45,435 nt of DNA from Veleropilina oligotropha (taxonomy: Eukaryota): NCBI GenBank assembly GCA_048128005.1, contig JBEUKZ010000082.1:124001-169435 (forward strand), written 5' to 3'. Made by a program: the position numbers and the translations under genes. The notes below the pieces were generated by a model that saw only the letters and a list, made by a program, of their open reading frames with translations, did no database searches and was not told where the DNA came from. Positions within the stretch are counted from its first letter, which is position 1. Every line of letters starts with the position of its first letter. Below, piece by piece: positions 23,401-33,423 of this stretch.

Positions 23401-24121
23401 CCGCGAACGGGCTCAAGAGCTGTTGCTCCAGAGGCACAAGGACCATTTCCCAGAAAAAGCTGTCCCGATCCTGTATCACCCCAAGGACAGCAGGAAGCAG
23501 AACACTGATGTAGCCATCCCCGGCACAGCGCGCAGCGAACATCTAGTTCTCAACGACGTCGTTGAGGTCACCATTGAGGCCGCTGAGAGGGCTATCCTGA
23601 CCCCGGATTGGCGTCTGGGCTATGCTCTCACCATCCATTCGAGCCAGGGTCTTACGATTCACGACCCACATAAAGTCTGGATCATCGACGACTACCTTCA
23701 GTGGAGTAATCTTGCCTACCTAGCCGTGTCCCGGGTGGAGTATCTGCATCAGCTCGAATGGGTAACCTGTCCTCCGGATGAGGGTTCTGAGGACAGGCCC
23801 CCCCATGCGCAAGCGCAGCAGAGCAAGCAGCAGGTTCGAAAGACCATCCAGAAAAAGCTTGTGGCATACAAACGCCAGGACCAGGCAAAGGGACTCCAGG
23901 GATTTAACCTCAAGGTCGAAGATATCCTGCAGCTCAAAGAAGCCCAAAACAACCGCTGCGCAGCATGCGACATAGAGCTGCTCTGCGCATATGCCCCGAA
24001 GGATACACAGCAGTTCAGTGTCGACTGTGTGGACAACAGCAGGGGCCACATCTGCGACAACGTGCGCTTAACGTGCCTGGAATGTAACCGAAAAAGAGGG
24101 GCTGCTGCCGCTACCTCTTGA
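20411..24121 (+). pseudogene. Replication polyprotein: N-terminal region + putative OTU-like protease + divergent family-B DNA polymerase + SF1 helicase + His-Me/HNH nuclease; 2 frameshifts and 2 in-frame stops
   Basis: Joined frames (shifts ~21512 and ~22075; stops 21852 and ~22151) give GDLNC(21245)...HNGH(21494); HGG...IDMKSCYP (motif A, 21891); IIGKFTQ (B, 22253); ASMLAYAH; VATDSIY (C, 22529); GGGGCGKT (22838); IIWDE; CGDQGQ; YALTIHSSQGLT; YLAVSR; CAAC...SVDCVDNSRGH...NV..TCLECN. Confidence 0.85.
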
Positions 24122-25166
24122 GAACTCCAACCGGCGGCAGCTGGGTGTCACGAGGCACCACGAGAAGTTCCTCACGAACAAACCCACGCGGTGGTCCATC
24201 AAGCAAGTAGTAGAGCACAGGCTCGTCGGGTTTAGTGATGGAGCGTCCAAGCCGGTGAATCGTCAAAGATCACACCGGGTCAGTCGCTCGCCGGCGACCA
24301 CCCTCCAACTCTCCGGGTTGGTATAGGTATCGAACATCTACGTCCGAGGGGAGTTTCTGTTCCTTCCCCTGTCGGCCTGGAACAGTGGAAGAGGGATTTT
24401 GTACAACGCGAGGCGCCTTGATGGCGTCCTTGGGATTTTTACCGGTGAGGAGGGTCACTTCCCCATTCAAGGCCGCAACAATGGCGGGCAGCCTGGCCAC
24501 CCACTCAGTCGACCTTTGACCCTCTTTTGCAGTCCCTGAGAAACGCATCTCTTTTGCATACTCGTGCCCGAAGAGCCGCTCAGCGAGCATCCGGTTGAAG
24601 CGCTCCACAATCCCTTGGTCGCGATGGATATCCACACGGCCACGCCTAACCTCGACGTTATTTGTAGCCAGCAGATGGGAGACCGTGCCCATAAACTCCC
24701 TCCCTGGGTCGACTTGAAGCAGTTTCAGCCAGCTAAGAGGACTCCGCCTGTAGATTCGAGACAGAGCTTCAGCAACCCCATTGGCCTCTTTTGTGGCCAG
24801 AGGCTCAGCCTCTTTGTAGCGTGAGGCCACGTCAACAACCGTCAGCGCATACTTGTAGCTCCGTTGCTTTCGTGCCAAGCCCACTGTGTCATGGGGCAGA
24901 AACAGGAGGTCGGCCTGGTGAACCTCGTTCGGCGTTACGACGTCGAATTTTTGTCTTGGAATCCGCCGTGGCGCAGGTAAATAGATTTGCCAGATGGCCT
25001 GCTTCTTCATCCAATCCCGGGCCACGTCTTCAGAGACATCTACTGCGGCCGAGAGATGTTTTATCGCGGCGATCCCTTTCCAGTTGCCTCGGGGGCTATA
25101 GTAGCCATTCGCAAGCTTCCGGTCGAGTTCTTTAGCCGTCAAGGGCTTCTGTTTCTTCGCTGCCAT
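24111..25166 (-). pseudogene. Retroviral-type (rve, DDE) integrase with a nonsense codon at 24270-24272
   Basis: HQADLLFL, YALTVVDVASRY, LQVDPGREF, QGIVERFNR; the frame continues past the TGA (ATDPV*SLTIHRL...FVREELLVVP) to a TAG at 24111. Confidence 0.92.
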
Positions 25167-25395
25167 CGAGAATTGCGAGGTATTCCGGCAACCTGATCAG
25201 TCTCCAACAGGCTTCAGCTTCCGGGGCCGGTCGCTGCCCAGTCGTCGCCCGTAGGTTGGTCGGGCCCGAGAGCACCATGACCGCGAACCGCACCATAGTC
25301 TTTTCGTTGCGCCGCCAGCAGTCGAGTGACGTAGTACCAAGGGTGGCAAGGCCCACCTCCTGCATGGCAAAGTACAGCTCTTCTGGGAGCCCCAT
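25132..25395 (-). CDS. Hypothetical 87-aa viral protein
   Basis: Co-oriented with neighbours, overlaps the integrase start, TATATAA immediately before the ATG. Confidence 0.5.
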   Translation of the reverse strand: MGLPEELYFAMQEVGLATLGTTSLDCWRRNEKTMVRFAVMVLSGPTNLRATTGQRPAPEAEACWRLIRLPEYLAILDGSEETEALDG

Positions 25396-25445
25396 GATTA
25401 TATATGCCCCCGGCGAAAAAAATGTCCAACCGGAAATAATAGCAC

Positions 25446-25880
25446 TTAGGCGAGCTTGTAGGCGACCAACCCGGTCGCGGCCATCCCGAAGATGACGAAG
25501 GTGAGCTCACGCTTTTTCTGGTCATCACTCGGCGTGTAGTAGTCGGACAGGGCGGGCTCAGGGAGCCCACCCCCCAGGGCGGCGGGGTCAAGGTTCTTGC
25601 CGGTGATCAAGGCATACTCACGGATAGCGGCGTCAACATCCCGGAATGTGCCAACGGCATGACCCTGGCGGCGAAGTTCAACGTTAAGCCAATCGAGACG
25701 CTCTGCCCTCTTTTGGGACCATGTAGTCTGAGCGGCTTGGAGCTGCTCTACGGCTTTGTCGTGGCGTTTACGCTCCTCATCAACACCGGAGCTGCGTAGC
25801 TTCGAGAATAGGAAGTTGGACCCGCTGAAGGCGAGGGCATTGACGAGAGCGCCCCCAACCAGCATCGCAATGGAAGCCAT
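25446..25880 (-). CDS. 144-aa putative membrane/virion protein (hydrophobic N- and C-termini, central coiled coil)
   Basis: MASIAMLVGGALVNALAFSGSNFLF...EERKRHDKAVEQLQAAQ...LTFVIFGMAATGLVAYKL; intact ORF in the gene-dense minus-strand block. Confidence 0.8.
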   Translation of the reverse strand: MASIAMLVGGALVNALAFSGSNFLFSKLRSSGVDEERKRHDKAVEQLQAAQTTWSQKRAERLDWLNVELRRQGHAVGTFRDVDAAIREYALITGKNLDPAALGGGLPEPALSDYYTPSDDQKKRELTFVIFGMAATGLVAYKLA

Positions 25881-25901
25881 GGTGATGGGACTAGGGCACC
25901 A

Positions 25902-26141
25902 CTACTTCAATACGTCGGCGGGAATGATGCCCTGCTTGATCAGCATATCTTTCGCCGCCATGGCGAACGCTACGTCGAGGACCACCATCCCGACATCGTA
26001 ACCGGTGAAGTCCAGCTTGGGGCTTACCCCCTTGAAGGCCATCTTTATCAGGCGTGAGTAGCCGATGGCAAGGCCAGACACTATGGCCGAATGATAGACG
26101 GCATTGCCGAGCATCTTTCCATCAGTGATTGGGGTAGTCAT
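25902..26141 (-). CDS. 79-aa small hydrophobic viral protein
   Basis: Two apolar stretches (AVYHSAIVSGLAIGY; VGMVVLDVAFAMAA); abuts the next ORF. Confidence 0.75.
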   Translation of the reverse strand: MTTPITDGKMLGNAVYHSAIVSGLAIGYSRLIKMAFKGVSPKLDFTGYDVGMVVLDVAFAMAAKDMLIKQGIIPADVLK

Positions 26142-26275
26142 GGTGTACTGCTACTCGACCTATCGCATATGGAACGGGTTGTGCTCATTCTTCAATTCGG
26201 TGGTGGCTGGGGGAGCCGGCTGCCTCGCCGGTGCTGGTGGGTGTTGATGTGGTGTGGATGGACCACTGCTGCGTT

Positions 26276-26668
26276 TCAGACAAGAAATAGCAACGCAACC
26301 CCGCCTGCAGCGAAGATGGTTGGGGCCCAATTAAATGCTGGGGTGGGGTCCGATTTCCGCGTATCTGACCGTACTGCATTTTCGACCGCGGTCACCGCGG
26401 CCGGGGCACCACTGTGTTTTTGGGGCTGTGCCTCCGGCGGTTCTGATGGAACGACAACGGTGCTGACATTTTGTCGGATGTCGTCCTTAAGTCTTCGAAC
26501 ATCGGCAAGTAGCCTCTCCTGTTTGGCTTTCCGAGCAGCAGCACCGGCCCTCCCTGCAGCCACCTTGTTAGGGTCCTTCCCCGAGGAAGAAGTCACCCTC
26601 TCTATCGGCTGGGTCACCCTCTCTATCGGCTGGCTCCGGATCGGTTGGTCCATGTCCAGCGATGTCAT
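26276..26668 (-). CDS. Basic low-complexity protein with C-terminal hydrophobic anchor
   Basis: MTSLDMDQP...KDPNKVAAGRAGAAARKAKQER...IFAAGGVALLFLV; includes a 21-bp tandem duplication (26592-26633). Confidence 0.65.
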   Translation of the reverse strand: MTSLDMDQPIRSQPIERVTQPIERVTSSSGKDPNKVAAGRAGAAARKAKQERLLADVRRLKDDIRQNVSTVVVPSEPPEAQPQKHSGAPAAVTAVENAVRSDTRKSDPTPAFNWAPTIFAAGGVALLFLV

Positions 26669-27338
26669 CTTGATCTCGCTCTCGCGATATTTTGGGCGGG
26701 CACCAGTGTCCAACACGGCAGTGCTTAGCCGTGGTCAGCGCGGCGGTCAGCGGTGCCAGAAACATGCCGTACCGGTGATACAGCTCACAGCTGGCACCGC
26801 GGAGCGCATGCGTGATGAATGGGTCGGCCTCCAGGTTGGCGATCAGCCTTAGTTGGTTTTCTGGTGGAATAGGCAAGAACATCCCAGCTGCCCCCACATA
26901 CAGGTGTATCGCCGCAGTCCCTAGAGTCTTCGTCATCTCGGCGCCGAGCCTCGCTTCGTACCGTGTGTGGTGTCTATCAACCTCTTCGTCGGTCATGGCG
27001 TCGATCCGGTCCACCGTGAGGGCCCGCCCCAAGTATCGGTGGGCTTCCCCTCCAACGGCTAGTGTGGCAAGCCTCTCCCGCCGTTTTGCCGTTACTTCGG
27101 AGTTACTGACAGGTTCCTCGCCATCGGTCGTCGAGCGGGAGGGGGGGCCCGGGCAAACCGGTGTGGTCGTTTCTTGTTCGTCCTCCATGAGTTGGTCGAG
27201 AAGGCTGTCCATCCTCAAGCGTTTCCAACACCTCCTCACCGGTCTAACATAGCCGTACAGCCAGACCCACAATGCAACATGTAACAGCAACAGAAGACTC
27301 TGGATGCAAGCAATGGTATAGCATACAGCGTCCGACAT
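26568..27338 (-). CDS. Hypothetical viral protein (256 aa; internal start at 27212 possible)
   Basis: Long co-oriented ORF: N-terminal hydrophobic segment, then KRRERLATLAVGG...RYEARLGAEMTKTLG...ELYHRYGMFLAPL. Confidence 0.7.
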   Translation of the reverse strand: MSDAVCYTIACIQSLLLLLHVALWVWLYGYVRPVRRCWKRLRMDSLLDQLMEDEQETTTPVCPGPPSRSTTDGEEPVSNSEVTAKRRERLATLAVGGEAHRYLGRALTVDRIDAMTDEEVDRHHTRYEARLGAEMTKTLGTAAIHLYVGAAGMFLPIPPENQLRLIANLEADPFITHALRGASCELYHRYGMFLAPLTAALTTAKHCRVGHWCPPKISRERDQDDIAGHGPTDPEPADREGDPADREGDFFLGEGP

Positions 27339-27404
27339 ACGAGAGCTTGCTCAGTAGATGCCTGGTAGGTGCTAGGTAGGTGCCTGGTAGATGCCAAGTA
27401 TATG

Positions 27405-28010
27405 CTACAGCACACTATAAGCCACGGGCTAGTCAGTTTTCAACAGAAGCTTTGCGTGCCGGGTCTCGGCCAACCTCAGGCGCACCGTGGTTCTTTCATC
27501 CTGCGACGAGATTACATTATTTTCGCGAAGACAGTCTTCGAACGAATCGCGGTCCTTGCAGTGAAACAGCGCGACCCAGCGGGTCTGTTCGCGGAGCTCC
27601 TTCAGGACTGAGTTGTATTTCTGCGTCACCACCCATACACTCTGCTCGGCATGCCTCCCGCTAAAGGCCAACTCAGTCAGCATGTCCCTCCTCTTGGCGA
27701 GGGCTTTGCTGGCGGCGCAGTCGTCGATTATGTAGAGGGTCGGCTCCCCCTGAAACAGCTGGTAGAACCCCCGCAACCAGTCATGGAGTCGCTCACCGAG
27801 GGGGGGACTATATAAACCTCCGGGTCAGTCCAGATCCACGGACAGGACTGGTATGCCTTGTTGAACTTGATCGTGGGGCAGAGGATCACGATATGCCGGA
27901 ACACCCCTCGATACTCTGCTTCCAGGAGTGAAAGTGTGAAAATCGTCTTCCCGCAGCCCGTCTGGCCGCAGATGATCGCGGAGTGGGGGGTGTCATTGGG
28001 GTGCGGGAAC
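27405..28010 (-). pseudogene. A32/FtsK-like genome packaging ATPase (frameshift ~27800, premature stop 27429)
   Basis: Walker A ICGQTGCGKT, Walker B LYIIDD, SGRH arginine-finger motif, VWVVTQ; two ORFs joined across a G-run. Confidence 0.88.
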
Positions 28011-28013
28011 CGT

Positions 28014-28171
28014 CTAGTACAGTGCTGTGACGAAGCGTCCATTCTCGATATTCAACTGTGCATCCATGATCCCGTACAGGTAAACGTTCAACGGGCTGGC
28101 TGCTTCACCCGTCTTAGTGATCTGTATGGTGATACCCTCGTGCCGTTATCCACCTTCCGGCCGGACCCGTG
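28014..28171 (-). pseudogene. C-terminal ~50 aa of a probable major capsid protein (truncated)
   Basis: My translation: HGSGRKVDNG/EGITIQITKTGEAASPLNVYLYGIMDAQLNIENGRFVTALY*; alternating beta-strand pattern resembling jelly-roll capsid ends; directly upstream of the ATPase; absent from the ORF track. Confidence 0.6.
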
Positions 28172-28177
28172 CCATGA

Positions 28178-30240
28178 CGAACATCAGTTAGAATTAAGTT
28201 ACATTGGGTAGAAACACAATTGGCCAAGAATAAAATGCACATAAATGTTTAAGTCCCTTCATTTTACAGGAATGTGTCGAATGGAGACGGCGAATTTCGA
28301 GGAAAGATGATTTACAAATCGTAGATACGTGTTTATCTAGTGATAAGTCGTCAGTGAACATGACACCGAGGTTTCGCATACGGTCATCGCCGACCAGAAT
28401 GGAGACTGGAAATGGGTCTTCAGTAACACGACTCGTTTTCTCGTCTTTCAGTTTCAGTTTGTTCTTGTCATTCAACGTTTGATATCAGTAAAACAGATCT
28501 GTAATCTATCAATTGTAGGTCGCATCGAATCCATTGGGCAAGATTGAAGGAGTTGTGTTACATCGGCAAATGACTGACTGTTAACATTACGGGATTTGAT
28601 TAAGTTCGAAAGTGGCATTGTATACAAGACGAACAGCACCGGGTCAAGGACAGATCCTTGTGGAACCCAAAGACGAGTGGTCTATGTTATCAAATGCATC
28701 TGACAAATCCATAAGGGTCAATACCGATACGTCACGCACATGCAGTGCGATTAACATATCATTTCAGTAGAGTGGTTCCAGTACTATGGCATGGACGATA
28801 AGCTGATTGCTCTGGGCGAAGAAGGTTGTTCGAGTTATGGTATGCAACCATCTATTTCAACACAATTTTATCGAGTATCTTTGAGAAGAAACTCAAATTT
28901 GACAATGGTCGACAGTTTATTTAGATTGTCTTGATCTAGAGATGTTTTCAGATGTATTTTAGACTGTGGAGCAGCGCGAATGCTGGAAACTTTGCTGCTG
29001 AAGTAGTCACAGAATAGCTCTGGTAGACCACTAATTGAATAAGCAGTAGGAAGGGGTGAAACTTTTTGAAGATCACATATTCGATTACGAGCATTGAATA
29101 ATTGCTTTCTCCTGGCATTGGTAGATATTTAATCACACCATAATTTCGTTTTTGCGTTGTGAACTAGGGTAATAACAATTAAGGCGCTTGTCTGCAGCAT
29201 ACACCTGTTTATGAAATTATTGTTCACCCATATTTTAGCCATTGACGCCCCTCTTGTCGCCTGCGGTGTCTGGCAACACGAAGATATTCTTCGATCTCTG
29301 AGTACAATGGGGGATAACTTGTCCGGTTGTCTTTTCCGTCGAGTAACTGGGACATGGTTATCAATGGTGGATTGGAGGACAGAACAAAGATGATCTGTGG
29401 AAATAAATGTGTTCGAGGGTAGAGCTTTCATCAAGTCGGAATTAAAAGCTGGTAATTTTATGGTGCGCAAGATACGTGCGTTCACAAAGCTTGGTTGTAC
29501 TGGGGATATGTTAACATTTAAATTACATAGAACAGAGTAATGGTCCGAACATAACGCTTGTGTTGTTTGAAGAACGCAGTCATCTGGTTTGTTCACCACC
29601 CAGTGAAGGATGTGGCCTCGGACATGGGATGGTTGATCCACTGGAAAACCGAAAATGTCAGGAACATCAGTCACTTTCGCTGTTGTAGGATTTGTGGGGC
29701 GATCAAAGTGTATATTAACGTCACCTAAGACAATTGAGACAATACTTCTGCTGTTGCAAGCGTCGATAAGTGCATGCACATCAGTGATAAATATTTCCAT
29801 CGATCAACTTGGTTTTCTTGTTGGGTGGTGGGCAATAATACAAAATAACTGAAAACAGATATGTGGAAGGGAGAGCGTAATTGAAGCACATTAGAAGGAC
29901 GGGTGTGAAAAATACACTTTAGATGCAAACGAAAGATGGGTAGATAGGATTGTCCGGTAGATTACAGCAATTCCATCGCCACGAGAAGGGCGGGGAAATT
30001 ATTTTATCGAGTACCCATCGGGGTATATTGTTACCGCAACATATATTATTAGCAGGACTTTGTTTCAACACTAATATGACTTGCGTGTGAACATGCATTA
30101 TTACACACAACACATTGACGTGCATATCGACTAGTATGCCCATACTAAGTCGACTTGCTTATCTAATGTATGATAGCATACAGCACATTAACAGTGTCAT
30201 GTTAATTGCCACATTTAGTCCATGATGTAGTGCCTTCCTG
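28178..30240 (-). mobile_element. Decayed L2-group LINE (EN + RT), lacking its 3' end
   Basis: VLGDVNIHFD, PSHVRGHIL, SDHYSV (EN); RPLSNLSFFSKILDK, GVPQGSVLDPVLF-like and RNLGVMF remnants (RT). Confidence 0.85.
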
Positions 30241-30269
30241 TGCCATATGGCCGTAATTATTGTTTATAC

Positions 30270-30478
30270 TAGGCTGACACGAACAGTAGTGGGTTCGAAT
30301 CTCGGTTGGGACATTGGCGTTATTTGTTCAGTTATGCATCACAGTTGTTCATAACTGGTCGGCGAGGGTGGATTTCCCCTGGCGACCGGGTTTTCCTACC
30401 GCAATTATATGTGCATGTCATGCTTTTAACCTGATTATTGTAAATATACAGGACATTAAGCTTCGATCCAATCCAATC
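30270..30478 (+). mobile_element. tRNA-derived SINE copy (5'-damaged)
   Basis: B-box GGTTCGAATCT; reverse-complement homolog of 11808-12060. Confidence 0.8.
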
Positions 30479-30774
30479 TAATAACTCTTCTAAAAACTGG
30501 GGATAAGCCTATTCACAATGGAGCATGGGTGGATTTTGAAGACACATCTTCCCTCCTCAGTACCACCATGAGCATGCATGTGAAGCTGGGATCTACGGCT
30601 GAGACACTCTCTGACCCAGAAAGTTGACCAGCATTCGTGGTTATTGTTGGGAGATATACATTTATTTTCATTTCGCAAAATCCGCGACGTCTGATTGGTT
30701 AAAATGACGTCACGTGGAGTTTGAGAATAATAGAATCAAGCACCACACTGCGTTCCAGATAGAGAAATATCAGT

Positions 30775-30846
30775 CGAGGGTGGTATGGTGCAACAAATCC
30801 CAACCGAGGCGTTAGCCGAGGTTGGGATGTTGCACCATCACACCTC
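30775..30846. repeat. Palindrome with central GAxGA mismatch (TCxTC on minus strand)
   Basis: TGGTGCAAC..ATCCCAACC-GA-GGCGTTAGCC-GA-GGTTGGGATGTTGCACCA. Confidence 0.8.
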
Positions 30847-31379
30847 AAAAAGCTTGAACAAGTTATTTTCATATGTGTTTACCTTGCGTATTCAAATAAC
30901 CCAATCACTCACCAGTAGTTCTTCCGACGCAATCAAATATAATTACGTACTTATGGAATAAATATTTACTGTATTCAATTCTTTAGTATTATTAAATAAT
31001 AATAATTGTAAAATATTTAAATTCATAACATAGGGTAATAAAAAGCTCGAACGATCACATTGACACTATGTGCATGAGGTGGTGTTACTTTTTAAGGCTA
31101 TTTCGATATTTGTTTACCTTGCATACTAGTACAAGTATTACAAAATCCCAATCACCCAAACCAGCTGTCCGTTTGACGCAATTATATATAGTTCCGTATT
31201 TATGGAATAAATATTTACTCAATTTCACTAGTAACTTTAAAATATTAATAATTGAAAAGTCAACAAAATGCTAAATATTTAAAATCATGACAAAGATTAA
31301 AAACGCTCGAACTATTAAACTGACTAGAAATGATGTAACTTTTCAGAGGCAATGTTGTCAGTTTATAATTTAGTCGCTG

Positions 31380-31760
31380 TCGATATGCGTGCTTGCCTGG
31401 GACTTGATTCTCCAGCAATTTTTGTCATAAGTGCATTCTGACAGAAGTGTTTTTGTGAAGCGTCGATCGATCTGTAATTATGTTCGTATTTGCTGCCATA
31501 CGCTTCATGGTGCATTAAGTTTGTTTACATCAGGCGGACAATGTGCAAACCAAGGACGTGTTTTGCTGGGATTTTCACGGTAGTGTCCGCTATGTCGAAT
31601 GAATTTTCCGCGTTAGAGTAGTGTGCAGGTCTAAAGCCATAGTAAGTTTTGTAGATAGTTATGGGACATCGGTTTGGTGTTTCGGGTGTAGCGTACATGT
31701 GTGGTTTAATGCGAGTTGTTAACCCCAGTACGTGGGTGTTTATGTTTCGATCCGCCATTT
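31380..31760 (-). pseudogene. Crypton-like (DUF3504-type) tyrosine recombinase fragment
   Basis: PHMYATPETPNRCPITIYKTYYGFRP followed by MKRMAA...NTSVRMHL/TKLLENQVP, matching the CPV..Y..Y...RP and TNHSxR regions. Confidence 0.7.
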
Positions 31761-32301
31761 TAGTTTCTAAACATTGCAGACGACGTTCGTAGGAATACAA
31801 AGTGTACCAGACAGCATTTGCGTATGAATACAAAGTGTTCCAGATATAATTTTTCAACATCAGTAAAAAATTGGACCAGTCTATCTCAGGTGCGGGAAAT
31901 ACTCGTCTCAAACTCGATGTTTTCGTACCAAGCTAGACGTCGTCTGCTAGACGTCATTCGCTTCTGCGGGAAATAATCAAGTGTTTTCAAGTATTTCTTT
32001 GAGATTCAATCATATACATTCATGTATATACATGAATGTATATGACTAAACTATTCCTCAGCTTTTCAAATATCCAGTTTATTTTGAGCTTAGAATAACC
32101 CGTAAGGTGCAATTTAACATGACGTTAAATTGCATGTCAAGATGGCCACTGGCTATAAACGCCCGTAACGTTCTCCTAGTGAACAGCACAATGCTCTCAC
32201 TAAACGCAATGGGACTGTAACAAAATTAGTACCCACAGATGTGAAAGATATCGATGTACGACGAGGTAACTACATCAACGAATATTATATCAGTATATGA
32301 C

Positions 32302-33207
32302 TTTATCTTACTTTAGCTCTTAATACTGCAATCTGATTGGTTAACGTTCCTTCGACAATTACCGTATTCCCCACCCAGGCGGGGTATATGAATTATTTAT
32401 ACCTTACGTAGTTGTGTGTACTATTGTGATTTGGAGCGCCCTCGAAGACAACGGAGATAATTGTGAACATGTCGTCTGCCAAAGCATCGATACAAATGTT
32501 AATTCATGGAATTGTACATCGTTTCGAAAATTTTGCATCAATTTCATTTTATTGTCGTAACGGTTTACACTTTGACATTTTCATGTAAAATGAATATTCA
32601 ATTATCATTATTTAGTTAATTTGGGTATTTACTTTGACTTCCTATTATTCTCCTGCGCAGAGACGTCATATCTTTACCGTATGTACGAAGTATTCTTAAT
32701 TTCTATGCCTGGAGAGTGACGGTTGCTAGGCATTATTATTAAATTCTAATGGGCGCGTCGGAATATCTTCAATATATATATATAATGTATATTGGTATGC
32801 ATGTATTTGCCACAAACATACTTCGTGTATTTTTAAATAATCATGCCAATTATGCTAAAATATCACAGTTTTAACGGAAGGAATATTTTTATATTGAACA
32901 TTAAGTTTTGCACATGATATTCGGCAGAACTGAAAACATAATTTTAGGAACACGGTTTTTTAGTAACAACAATAGAATATATAAAATGGATTCTTTCGCG
33001 GAGTAACGAAGTTGGACAATAAACTTGTTCAAAAGGCTTGATTTTATTATATTGAAGTAAGATAAATTCGTTGTCGGCATAGCCCTCGTGAAATATGGGT
33101 CTATGTACCGTTTGTGAGAATTTATTAACCTCGACTTCGTCTCGGTTAATAAATTCTCACAAACAGGTACATAGACCCATATTCCCCTCGGGCAATGCCG
33201 ACAACTT
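32302..33207 (+). mobile_element. Non-autonomous element: terminal/subterminal 12-bp IR plus ~135-bp terminal palindrome
   Basis: TTTATCTTACTT (32302) is the reverse complement of AAGTAAGATAAA (33055); palindrome 33070-33205 centred on CC-TC-GACTTCGTC-TC-GG. Confidence 0.7.
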
Positions 33208-33423
33208 ATATTATACTACAAATATGTTGATCAATGAGCTGATATAACAACAATTAATAACTTGTTGTTGCTAATTTTAGCATTGACAGTGACTTTTCTC
33301 TACTTAACCAAGCGAAACAACTGCCTGTCTCTTACCTGGACTCAAAGGTGTTAATCAGGAACAATAGCCAGCATGTTGTATAAGTAAAGTTATCGGCTAC
33401 CAGTTACCAGGTTGGTGCACACA

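Larger units (their letters stand above)
19600..28172. mobile_element. Endogenous Polinton/Maverick-like DNA virus relic (right part deleted; left end not defined)
   Basis: Sharp GC rise relative to flanks; intronless abutting ORFs; PolB-helicase, rve integrase, A32-like ATPase and capsid-like C-terminus occur together. Confidence 0.88.

Noticed and set aside
7950..24272. In-frame TGA at Trp positions (7950, 21852, 24270) suggesting UGA=Trp or recoding
   Set aside because: TGG is used normally, TAA/TAG stops and frameshifts also disrupt the viral genes, and the sister CR1 copy has TGG; ordinary decay explains it.
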